A DNA stretch of 64,000 nt from Octopus bimaculoides (GCF_001194135.2 NC_068994.1:6968374-7032373), one strand, 5' to 3'. Positions 36,887 through 49,259 are shown, counted from the first letter of the stretch. The notes: generated from the letters alone by a model not told the origin. A program made the numbers and translations.

Positions 36887-39368
36887 TATAATCTAAGACA
36901 AAATTTTTTTCATGGACCCTTAAAATACTACTGTGGCTCCCTAATTTACTATCTTGTTTGGACCCCAGTTAGAAATATCTCATATGGACCCTGGTTTGAA
37001 CTAACGCTCTAAATAGACATTCAACATGCTAGAAATAGCAGTAAAAAAAAAAGAACTCCCTCAAACCACATCCTATCATCTTAATGAAAAAATACATTGG
37101 ATTACGTTGTCCAAGGTGCATTATTCCAGAAGGAAAGACAATATGGTCATAGCTGTGTTGCTAATACAGAGTTTTAATCAATGTGTCAGTTTGATTTAGC
37201 AGTGCTGACCTGATCAGAGTTATATATCTCACTTGTACACAAAAATAGTTTGTTTGTATTAAGAGATGAGGGTGGAATCAACAAACTACATGAAAATTGG
37301 TTGTTAATTGAAGAATTAGGTAACATCTGTGGATTGTGAATACGAATCGATAACACCGACAAATGCATTCCTTTACCAAGATTTTCAAACATCAATAACT
37401 TGTCAATATGTGGATACACAACAATGACCTTCACTCCCCACGCACCAATATTATTGTTGTTGTTGTTGTTGTGTTGTGGTGGTTGTTTTTTCTGTTGCTG
37501 TCTTTCTAAGCAACAATCACAAAAGTCATTTAACCTAAAGATTTCAAATTTAGAGAGAGAGAGACAGACAGACAGACATAGAGAAAGAGAGAAAGAAATG
37601 TAGAGATAGCAGAAGAAAGAAAGAATGAAAAAAGAAAGAGAGAAAGAAAGAGGGGAGAGAGAAGAGACAGAAATAAAAAGAAAGAAAGGAAACAAGAGAA
37701 AAAGACAGAGAAAAATAAAATGGCAAAAATAATCAATAATTACAAGAAAATTTAACAAAACAAGACGAAAAGGGAAAAACAGAAAAAATCCAAACAGATT
37801 CACAAAACAGCAAAATTAAATAATTTAAAGAGTTTTAATGATTTTTACACAAAAATAGAAGAGAAAGAGAGAGAGAGAAAGAAAAAATGAAGGAGAGAGA
37901 AAGAAGTGAAAGAGTGAATGAGAAATACATAATAATTAAAAATTTGTATGTTTTATTTTTAGCCCATCACCCCCACCTCATCTCGATTAAACCACACCCT
38001 GGAACAATGATGGTGAGTTTGTTTAGGAGGAGGAAAGGAAGGATAAGATGTTTTCTTTTAATCAGAAAATGTACTGAAAATGAACTCGAAAAGGCAAAAA
38101 AAAATATATATATTGGACTGGATTTGAATTCAATCAGGTAGAAATTATTCCAGAAATACAGGTGTATTTGATGAAAAGACACACAGACAGGCAAAGAGAG
38201 ACTGGCAGACAGAGATGGGAAATGTATAAGAACAGGGATGGTGAAGGTGGGAAGGAAAACAGAAAGGTATAGGAGAGAGAGGGGGAGAGAAAAGAGGAAA
38301 AGAGAGGGGGAGGGGAAGGAAAAGAGAGTGGGGAGAGGAGATTTATGTTTTGGCACTATATGAAACTTGATTGGGTAGAAAGATGATCAAAGGTATTCCA
38401 GATATGGCCATCATGTCTTGAGAAAGATGGTAGACCACGATTTGATGGTGAGAGGGAGAGAGAGACAAAGATAAAAATGAGGAGGAGAAAAAGTAAGAGA
38501 TATGAAGAGAGAGAGAGAGAGGGGGAAAGGAAAGGGTTAGAGCCAGGACAGAGAGATATGAGGAGAGAGAGACACACACAGGAGAGAGAGAAAGAGGAAA
38601 GGGTTAGAGCCAGTATAGAGAGATACAGAAGAAGGAGAGAGAAAGAGGGGGAGAGGGGGAGAGAGACAGAGAGCAGGAGAAATCTTTTATCTTTTATGTG
38701 TTTCAGTCATTGGACTGTGGCCATGCTGGGGCCACCTTGGGCAAATGTCTTTTATTATAGCCTTGGACTGTCAAAAGCCTTGTGAGCAGATTTGGTAGAT
38801 GGAAACTGAGAGAAACCTATTGTTTTGTGCTTGTGTTTGTTCTCCACTGCCCCTTGACAACTGGTGTCGATGTGTTTATGTCCCTGTGACTTAGCGGTTC
38901 AGCAAAAAAGCTTGAGAGACTAAATAAATACAAGTCTTAACGAAATGAAAAATAAAAAAAGTACTGGGGTCGATTCATTCTACTAAAATTCTTCAAGGGT
39001 GGTGGGTGCCCCAGCATGGTCGCAGTCCCATGACCGAAGCAAGTAAAATATGAAAGATATATGATGACGATGACGATGATTTTATTGACATAACAGAAAA
39101 GTGACAAATACATTGTGTGTGTACGTAATAAACAAAGCACACATGTTTGAGAAACAGATGAATACATGTACATACGTAGATAAAAACGAAACAAACAAAC
39201 AAAAAGTAAATGATTGCAATATTGAGAGATAGAGATGCACAAAGCAAATGCTAGAGACAGAGGCATGGCAGCTCTTAAATGTTGAAAGCTGAATGAATTA
39301 ATATGAAATTACAACAGAACTACAGTGGAAATGTCACAGTGAGTGTATATCTGATATATAATCTTATA

Positions 39369-39753
39369 GTGGAGGTGCAATGGCCCAGTGGTTAGGGCAG
39401 AGGACTCGTGGTCATAGGATCGTGGTTTCGATTCCCAGTCCGGGCGATGTGAGTGTTTATTGTGCAAAAACACCTAAAGCTCCACGAGGCTCCGGCAGGG
39501 GATATTGGCAAACCCTGCTGTAGTCTTCCACCACAAATTTCTCTCACTCTTACTTCCTGTTTCTGCTGTACCTGTAATTCAAAGGGGCCAGCCTTGTCAT
39601 ATTCTGTGTCACGCTGAATCTCCCCGAGAACTACGCTAAGGGTACACGTGTCTGTGGAGTGCTCAGCCACTTGCATGTTAATTTCATGAGCAGGCTGTTT
39701 CGTTGATTGGATCAACTGGAACCCTCGTCGTCGTAACCGACAGAGTGCCGTAG
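39369..39753 (+). mobile_element. Full-length tRNA-headed SINE family C with perfect 12-bp TSD
   Basis: GTGGAGGTGCAATGGCCCAGTGG...GGTTTCGATTCC...GACAGAGTGCC; TSD TATAATCTTATA at 39357-39368 and 39754-39765. Confidence 0.92.
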
Positions 39754-40586
39754 TATAATCTTATACACAAACTCACACAGACACATATATTACATTGCTG
39801 TATGGTTAAGAAACTTGCTTTGCAACAATGTGGTCTCAAGTTCAGTCTCACTGTGTAGTACCTTGGGCCATGTCTCTTCCAATAATCCCTAGCTGACCAA
39901 AGCTTATAGAGATTGGATTTAGTAGATGGAAACTGAAAGAAATTTATACTTCATCCTCATCCTCATCATCATCCTTTAGTGTCTGTTTTCCATGCTGGTA
40001 TGGGTTAGATGGTTTGACTGGAACCAGTAAGCCAGAGAGCTGTACCAAGTTCCATTCTGGTTTGGCTTGGTTTCTACAGCTGGATGCTCTTCCTACCACC
40101 AACCACTCCAAGAGTGTAATGGTTGCTTTTTATGTGCCACTGGCATGCGTGCTTTTATGTGCCACCCATCACGAGTGCTAGTTACATGACACCAACATCA
40201 GCCAATGAATATCCATACAGAAATCCCTCAATTATCATGGGTGTTATGTTTCAAAACCTCCCACGAAAATAATTAAAATCTAAAAAAAATATAAATACCT
40301 ATTAGAATGAAAATGAAAACTGAACCCAACAGTTTTCTGTGTATTTTTAAGGGGCTAAAATGGCTCTCCCCTGTTGCAGTTTGCATTGGATTCAACACAC
40401 AAGAGTCCTAAATCCACTTGTTATCAATTTGTTTCTCATCTCTCTGGGGGTTGATTAAAATAAAGTACCAGTTGAGTATTTGGGCAGACGGTTCCCCAGC
40501 AAGACTAAAGAGTCTTCTTTACTCTTCCATACTTGACTGCCTACAGTTCATTCAAGCAACAAGATCAAGAGGATGGTGTGCACCAC

Positions 40587-40631
<45 letters not shown>

Positions 40632-42409
40632 ATAATCTCTGTTTTCCATGCTGACATCAGTTGGCTGGTTTGACAGGAGCTGGTGAGCCAGCAGACTGCA
40701 CCAAGCTCTATATACTCTGCTTTGGCTGTGGTTTCTGCAGCTGGATGCCCTTCCTAATGCCAACCCCTTCACAGAGTATACTGGGTGCCTNNNNNNNNNN
40801 NNNNNNNNNNNNNNNNNNNNNNNNNNNNNNNNNNNNNNNNNNNNNNNNNNNNNNNNNNNNNNNNNNNNNNNNNNNNNNNNNNNNNNNNNNNNNNNNNNNN
40901 NNNNNNNNNNNNNNNNNNNNNNNNNNNNNNNNNNNNNNNNNNNNNNNNNNNNNNNNNNNNNNNNNNNNNNNNNNNNNNNNNNNNNNNNNNNNNNNNNNNN
41001 NNNNNNNNNNNNNNNNNNNNNNNNNNNNNNNNNNNNNNNNNNNNNNNNNNNNNNNNNNNNNNNNNNNNNNNNNNNNNNNNNNNNNNNNNNNNNNNNNNNN
41101 NNNNNNNNNNNNNNNNNNNNNNNNNNNNNNNNNNNNNNNNNNNNNNNNNNNNNNNNNNNNNNNNNNNNNNNNNNNNNNNNNNNNNNNNNNNNNNNNNNNN
41201 NNNNNNNNNNNNNNNNNNNNNNNNNNNNNNNNNNNNNNNNNNNNNNNNNNNNNNNNNNNNNNNNNNNNNNNNNNNNNNNNNNNNNNNNNNNNNNNNNNNN
41301 NNNNNNNNNNNNNNNNNNNNNNNNNNNNNNNNNNNNNNNNNNNNNNNNNNNNNNNNNNNNNNNNNNNNNNNNNNNNNNNNNNNNNNNNNNNNNNNNNNNN
41401 NNNNNNNNNNNNNNNNNNNNNNNNNNNNGTTCGTGATTGGCTGTCACCAATCATTATTGACAAACACACAACAGACTTATGAAGAAGCCTCTACATGACT
41501 GCTGTTCAACTTGCTAGAAACAGCAGCCAGATCTTCCTCAAATCACATCCTGTTGGTTTAACGAGAACAAGGAGACATTTGACAATGTACTTCACTGCCT
41601 GAGTACAAAAAAATAATAATAAATAAATAAATAAATATTTTAAAAAAACCCATCGGATAGTTATTGTTGGAATGCATTTGATGTTACAAATTTGCTTGAT
41701 CGTGGCAGACCTTGGGCTAAACAGCAAACCGTTTTGCAGTCTGTTTATCCAATGTAATCAGCTCTTTAGAAACCTCCCAGCTTAAGTGAGACATAGAAAT
41801 TAATGAATAAACAGAACAGTAAATAAATAATTTGAGCTCCAGTTGAAGCTTGATGATGATGATGATGATGATAATGATGATATAATTATTATTGTAGTTC
41901 ATTACTGAGGTGTGTGAGGTGAGATTTGAGGGTGTTGAATCATCATCATCATCGTCATAATCATTATGGTCGTCATAGTCATTGCCATCATTTAATATCC
42001 ATTTTCCCATGCTTTCCTGAGGCAGGTTTTCAATGGCTGGATACCTTTCCTGTCACCAACCCTCACCTGTTTCCAAGAAAGGTGATATTTTGCCCATGAT
42101 TGGACGTGAGGAAAAATATTATCTTACTTGGAAACAACGATGACACACATTTGCAGACTAAATCCTTTACATTATCATAAATAATTGAATTTTGCTGAAT
42201 ATAATATAGCAGTATTGTTGTAGAAATAGTTGTGGTTAAACACTTCTACATTATCTTAACTAAAAGGATTTTGTTGATCAGAACATAATACAGCATAATC
42301 GTGGTAGGAATGGTTATTGTTAAGTACTTTACATTATCAGAGATAACAGAATTTTGCTAACTACAACATATGACATTCTCATGGTCTAAATATTTTACAA
42401 AGTGTTTAA

Positions 42410-42630
42410 CCCTTTAGCATTTAAACCGGCCATATCCGGCCAAAAGTATTCTGCCTGTTTTATGTTAGAACTGGCCAGATCTGGTCTCTCACACCAACCC
42501 TACAATATCGTCTTAAAAATTAGCAGCTACCTCATCAAAATCTCATAGCTACAAGATAATGCTTGATTAGTTCAAAAGAATGTGGGTAAAAAAGCATTAA
42601 TTTTGGCAGAATAATGCGAACACTAAAGGG
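42410..42630. mobile_element. piggyBac-type MITE (221 bp) with TTAA TSD
   Basis: TTAA-CCCTTTAG...CTAAAGGG-TTAA (TSDs 42406-42409 and 42631-42634); body shared with 28126-28752, 36078-36298 and 54308-54528. Confidence 0.9.
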
Positions 42631-43116
42631 TTAAACACTTCATACATCTCAAACAACAGAATTTCGATGAACGCTGTCGAGTCAGGAAAAACTGTGGTGA
42701 TTACAGCTTATTTTCTTTCTGACCCATAAGTAAATTATAACAGTTCAGTTTAATGAAAAATTAAAAAGAGGGGGTAGAGGAAGAAATGAAGGGAGAAAAA
42801 GTAAGAAGCAAGAGGAGGAGAGAGAGAGAGAAAGAGAAGGTAATTATTATTCATTGTTCGGACACATGCCAATGACCACAATGTCAATGAAGTGTGTAAG
42901 TCCAGCTGCAATTAATATAGTTTTACAGCTCCACTCTGTAGATCTCAGCAGTTCTGTCCATTATTTATGTGGCAATAACAAATCAGATGTGAACAGCCAT
43001 GACTTTGTAATAAAGAAGGGGGCTTTGCTTTGTAACTATTGGGGTTTATGTTTCATCCCTCTGCATGGTACCTTCAGCATGTGTCTCCTATAGTACCCTT
43101 GCATTGATCGATGCTT

Positions 43117-43464
43117 TGTATGGGATTTGAACTCAGAATGTAGCAACAGGCTAAATTCTGCCAAGCATCTCGTCCAGCGTGCTAACGATTCTGCCAGCTC
43201 ACTGTCTTAGATAATAATAATGATGATGATGATAATAATAATAATAATAATCCTTTCTACTAAAGGCATGAGGCCTGAAATTCTTCAAGAGAATGGTCCA
43301 GTTGATGACGTCGAACCCCAGTGCATAACTGGTACTTAATTTATCGACCATGAAAGGATGAAAGGCAAAGTCGACCTTGGCAGAATTTGAACTCAGAACG
43401 AAGTGATGGGTGAAATACCGCTAAGCAATTTGTTTGGCACTAACAATTCTGCCAGCTCACTGCC

Positions 43465-43519
<55 letters not shown>

Positions 43520-45330
43520 TGATGATAATGATAATGATGGTTTCTGATTTAGGCACAAAGCCAGCAGTCTTGAAGGGAGGTGGTTAGCCAATAACTATNN
43601 NNNNNNNNNNNNNNNNNNNNNNNNNNNNNNNNNNNNNNNNNNNNNNNNNNNNNNNNNNNNNNNNNNNNNNNNNNNNNNNNNNNNNNNNNNNNNNNNNNNN
43701 NNNNNNNNNNNNNNNNNNNNNNNNNNNNNNNNNNNNNNNNNNNNNNNNNNNNNNNNNNNNNNNNNNNNNNNNNNNNNNNNNNNNNNNNNNNNNNNNNNNN
43801 NNNNNNNNNNNNNNNNNNNNNNNNNNNNNNNNNNNNNNNNNNNNNNNNNNNNNNNNNNNNNNNNNNNNNNNNNNNNNNNNNNNNNNNNNNNNNNNNNNNN
43901 NNNNNNNNNNNNNNNNNNNNNNNNNNNNNNNNNNNNNNNNNNNNNNNNNNNNNNNNNNNNNNNNNNNNNNNNNNNNNNNNNNNNNNNNNNNNNNNNNNNN
44001 NNNNNNNNNNNNNNNNNNNNNAGCACTTTATTTTATCAACCCCAGAAAGGATGATAGGCGAAGGTGGCCTTGGGAGGATTCGAAACCAAAACATAAAAAG
44101 CTGGAAGAAGTACAGATAAAACTGACTCCGATGGGGTTTGAACTCGTGAACTGACGATGATAATAATGGTCTCAAAGTTTGGCACAGGGCCAGCAGTTAT
44201 TGACCCTCAATCCTCAACTGGTGCTAATTGTGTCGACACAGAAAAAGTGAAAGGCAAAGTCGCCTTCTGTAGAATTTGAGCTCAGGACATAACCACAGAT
44301 GAAATGCCGCTAAGCATTTTGCCCCACATACTAACGACTCTGCCAGCTTGATGCCTTAATTAACAACAATAATAATGGTGTCTAATTTAAGCACAAGGAA
44401 AACAATTTCAAGGCAAAGAAGGTTAGTCAATTTCATTGACCCCAGTTCTTAACTGGTACTTTATTTTATCCTCCCAAAGAAATGATAAACAAAAATTTAC
44501 CTTGGCAGGATTTGAAACCAGAATGTGAAGAACTGGAATAAATACTACATAACACTTTGGCTGGCACACTTAATGATTCTGCCAGCTCACCAACTGACAA
44601 TAATAATCTCTTCTACTATAGAGACAAGGACTGAAATTTAAGGGAGGGGGCTAGTCCATTATATAGACCCCAGTGCTCCACTGGTACTTATTTCATTGAT
44701 TCCAAAAGGATGAAGGGCTAAGTTGACCTCAGCGGAATTTGAACTCAAAACATAAGGACAGACAAAATGTCTCCAAGCATTTTGTCCGGCGTGCTAATGA
44801 TTCTACCAGCTCACTACCTTGATTTAAAATTTTGGCACAAGGCCAGCAAATTAGGGGAGGGGTTAAGTCAATTACATCGATCCCCAGTGCTCATCTGGTA
44901 CTTATTTTATCAACCCCCACAAGGATGAAAGGCAAAGTTGACCTCGGTGGACCTTGGCAAAGTCAACCTCAGTAGACCTTGGCAAAGCTGACCTCAGTGG
45001 GCAAAGTTGACCGTAAAGGTGGACGAAATACCACCAAGCATTTTGCCCCACATACTAACAATTTTGCCAGCTCAATGCCTTAATTAGCAACAATAATGAT
45101 GGTGCCTAATTTAAGCACAAGGGAAGCAATTTCGAGACGAAGTAGATTAGTTGATTTCATCAACGCCAGTTCTTGATTGGTACTTTATTTTATCATCTCA
45201 AAGAAAAAAGAGACAAAATTTACCTTGCCAGGATTTGAAACCAGAATATGAAGAACTGGAATAAATACTACATAACACTTTGGCTGGCACACTTAATGAT
45301 TCTGCCAGCTCACCAACTGATAATGATAAT
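43117..45330 (-). mobile_element. Head-to-tail tandem array of about eight family F SINEs with (AAT)n spacers (one gap inside)
   Basis: Units start near 43117, 43250, 43540, 44165, 44375, 44605, 44822 and 45098, all in the same orientation; a 25-bp internal slippage repeat at ~44931-45015. Confidence 0.8.
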
Positions 45331-45350
45331 AGTAACAATAATTGCTTTAA

Positions 45351-45608
45351 CCCTTTCGTTACCATATTTATTTTGAGATGGTCTGTGTTTCTTTCAATTA
45401 ATTTTAAATATAACAAAGAATTAACTTGTTATATGAAATGCTGCTAAGCATTTTGCCCCACATACTAACGACTCTGCCAGCTTGACACCTTAATTAACAA
45501 CAATAATAAGGTTTGGAGGGGGGGGGAGATTTAAATTCAAAACTTATGAAAACAAAGCATTTGTACTCAGAGCCAGAGGCAGTTTCAGCTGGGTTGGTAC
45601 CAAAAGGG
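45351..45608. mobile_element. Second piggyBac-type MITE family with TTAA TSD
   Basis: TTAA-CCCTTTCGTTACC...GGTACCAAAAGGG-TTAA (TIR 11/13 match; TSDs 45347-45350 and 45609-45612). Confidence 0.85.
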
Positions 45609-46057
45609 TTAACATGACAGCAGTTATCATAGCAATTAATATAGTAATTAGAGATAGACACCAATATTACTGTCTGTATATAGCAGTAGGATAAACAGAC
45701 TTGCATATCTGAACAAATCTAACTATATTACCATATAAAGTGTTGTCGACGTTATATTAGATCAGTATTGATATGATGTGTAGCAACAGTGGCATCAAAT
45801 ACTGGTTGTGACATTGTCACCATTTGACCTCCATTTTTCCATACTTGCAAGAGTCAGATGTAGTTTATTTGAGGCAGGTTTTCTATGGTTGGCTGCCCTG
45901 CCTGTTGCCAAGCCCCAACTATTTCCATGTGAGGTAATGTTTCCTGTGGTCAAACATGTTTCTCACTGAAGACTGGGAATTGCCAACATTACTTGTATGA
46001 CGAAGGGCTTGCTTACAACCATCACATGACGTCAAGACAAAAGTGCACACAAACACG

Positions 46058-46102
<45 letters not shown>

Positions 46103-46396
46103 CTGATGGGCTTCTTTCAGTTTCTCTCTACCAAATTCACTGACATGGCTTTGGTCAGTTTGAGACTATAGCAGAAGATATATGCCTGCAATGCCATATA
46201 TGGAAAACAATTAAATTTTGGAAAAATTAAATGAAAAGTTTTTTAAAAGAATATTTGCATAGTATTCAAATACAAGGAGCATTTTCCTTGTTTCTGCCTG
46301 ACTCTGTCTCTCTTGTGCGTTTGAGGCTGTTGTGAATTCTTGGCAGGGAGAAGGAGGAGGATGCGGGAGTGGCTATGTGGAAATATATATATATAC

Positions 46397-46439
<43 letters not shown>

Positions 46440-46527
46440 CATATAGCCACAAGTCACTTTCAGGGCACTTGACCATTTAACATCCTACTACTATCATACC
46501 ACTCCCGCATTTTTTTCTCTCCTTGTT

Positions 46528-46565
46528 TCTTTCTGTTGAAGAGCGTAGGCTCGAAACATTAAAGA
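46528..46565 (+). ncRNA. Degenerate minimal type I hammerhead-ribozyme-like motif (Penelope-type)
   Basis: TCTTT-CTGTTGA-A-GAGC(GTAG)GCTC-GAAAC-ATT-AAAGA: 5-bp stem I, 4-bp stem II. Departs from consensus at core A6 (T) and at the ACGT stem III (ACAT). Confidence 0.55.
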
Positions 46566-46879
46566 CTTACTCTATTCCCAAGCGTTATACTAATACATCC
46601 ATTTGTTGTTTACACCACCTGTCTTCGTCTGTGCGATAGATAGATAGATAGATAGATAGATAATGTATGTATGTATAAGAGATAGAGAGAGACAGATGAG
46701 AAAGAGGAAGGGGAGTAACCCTCACCTGTTTTGTAAATAAGGAGTCTTGTATTCCTAAAGTCAGCAGATAATTTGTCAACAGGGGAAACGACAACAATAT
46801 CACTGCTCATAGCACAGTGACTTTCAACAAAGTACAAATGTAAACAAATACACAGACACACATTCACATACATATACAC

Positions 46880-46980
<101 letters not shown>

Positions 46981-47005
46981 TATGTATGTAATATAATATA
47001 TAATA

Positions 47006-47186
47006 TAGTCCACTTAGGGTAACTTGGGGTAAACACCATGCGAAAATTCCTGATTACTCTGCTATCCCCAAATAATAATAATACATATATATATATATAG
47101 TTTTAGGGAAAAAATTGATAAATTTTAATAAATTGATTTTAATTGAGTTTTTACCTGTAATTTTGGATTTTATCCCTAATATTATT
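47006..47186 (+). mobile_element. 5'-truncated copy of the element at 48230-48685
   Basis: Identical to 48507-48685 apart from one TA unit; the same 3' end ...TCCCTAATATTATT recurs in a shorter third copy at 47408-47462. Confidence 0.75.
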
Positions 47187-47332
47187 TATTATATTTATTA
47201 TATTATATTTATCTTATGATATTTAATTTACTTTATATTATACTCATTTATTGTGCTTTTAATTATTAATTTTTCTATATGTGATAGTGGATTTTCATCG
47301 ATGAGTTCTTGAAAATTGGTTATTTTCCCTAA

Positions 47333-47370
<38 letters not shown>

Positions 47371-48229
47371 TTTATCTATAAGGCTCAATTTAATTTTAAT
47401 TTTTTATAAATTGATTTTAATTACCTGTAATTTTGGATTTTGTCCCTAATATTATTATTATTATATATATATATATATATATATATTAGATATGCATATA
47501 CATACAAATATATATATGTATACACACACATGCACACATATATGTATACATACACACACACATATATATACATACACACACATATATATACATACACACA
47601 TGCATATATACACACATACATACACACACATACATATATACATACACACACACATATAGACACACACACACACATATATATAAATATATATACACACACA
47701 CACGTATCTGTAACAAAGTCTTCCATTAAGACTTGTGATTAAATTAACAAGTAAGGTTAATATTCATAATGAATTTGCCATTTTCAGTGGGTGTGCAGCA
47801 CCCAGAATATACACCCCGGATATATACATATGTGAGCATATATACACTCCACCATCAACAGTACTCAGCCTTATCCAGCTTTATAAATCGCTAAAGTAAA
47901 TATCATCCCATGATGTATTGGATGTTTAATAATATTTTGAATAACATTGATTTTAAATCACATTTGACAAATTTCTGTTGGTCCAACCAAGAATGTTAAT
48001 TTACTCGAAATTATTGCAGCCACAAAATTCCTTTTATGGAAATATAAGAGAAAGTAAAATAGCCTATGACAAGGATGTATAACTGAGGTGTTCAACTAGT
48101 TTAATTGTCTGAGGTTCCAGAGAGTTTTCCTTCTACCAAATCCACTTTGGTTGACCCAGGGCTTTAGTGGAAGACTTTTGCCCAAGGTGCCCCACGGTGG
48201 GACTGACCCCAAAAACCATTTGGTATAAA

Positions 48230-48685
48230 AAAAAAAATGACAATTCTGTGCTGATGAAGGGAAATAACCTGGAAATTGTGATGCACAGATATTGCTTTGA
48301 GCTGAGTGGGGGTGCTAGATTCCCTTGCTCAAAAATGTAAGGACACAGATCGTGTCGTAAAGCCAGCTGGAGACGATGTCTCCTGGGGGCTAAATTACAT
48401 CGATCAGAGGGATATACTACCACGTTGAAGGATATAACAGAGAATATATAATAGAAATTAGAGAAATAATAAATAAATAGATAAATAGAATCCCCAATAG
48501 AGGGGGTAGTCCACTTAGGGTAACTTGGGGTAAACACCATGCGAAAATTCCTGATTACTCTGCTATCCCCAAATAATAATAATACATATATATATATAGT
48601 TTTAGGGAAAAAATTGATAAATTTTAATAAATTGATTTTAATTGAGTTTTTACCTGTAATTTTGGATTTTATCCCTAATATTATT
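48230..48685 (+). mobile_element. Non-autonomous Penelope-like/retrozyme-like element with a hammerhead-like motif near its 5' side
   Basis: Hammerhead-like fold at 48241-48294; 3' part repeated at 47006-47186 and 47408-47462; ends in ATTATTATT running into (TA)n. No ORF. 5' boundary uncertain. Confidence 0.45.
48241..48294 (+). ncRNA. Type I hammerhead-ribozyme-like motif, probably inactive
   Basis: CAAT-TCTGTG / CACAGA-T-ATTG stem I (10 bp, one bulge); exact CTGATGA core at 48251-48257; AGG(GAAATAA)CCT stem II; an extra G before GAAA; 2-bp stem III; cleavage triplet ATG instead of NUH. Confidence 0.55.
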
Positions 48686-48691
48686 ATTATA

Positions 48692-48754
<63 letters not shown>

Positions 48755-48866
48755 TTAAATAGTAAGGGTGAAAAATTGAGTATCAATTTAATTAATATCA
48801 ATTTAAAACCAGTGGCCTAGCATATTGGAAAATCTGAAGATTCAGAAAAATTATATTACATACATA

Positions 48867-48900
<34 letters not shown>

Positions 48901-49259
48901 CACGCACACGTGTGTGTGTGTGTATGTATGACTGTATGTAAGTGTGTATGAAGTATTAAGATTATATATGAAGATGAGGAACCAAACACTAACACTGCCA
49001 CCACCACGACTGAAATGGTGAGGCCTCTCCTAGTTCTTGCAAAAATGGTCAAGTCCAAAATTTAAAGAAACTGACGAGTGACTAGGTAGGTGATGATAAA
49101 GGCAAACAATAGTTTATGGTACATTGAATATATTCATTGGCAGCGAAGTGTAAAATATTATACATGCTGGGGCCTTTTTTTCTTCTTTTCCTACCTTTTA
49201 ATGTGATAGAAAAACGAAAGCTGAGCCGACACCTCCTTTGTGTGTTTTTTTTTCCTACT

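Noticed and set aside
49070-49110. CTGACGAG motif, and TCGATGAG...TGAAA at ~47297-47315, as hammerheads
   Set aside because: No correctly spaced GAAA with closing stems; expected by chance.
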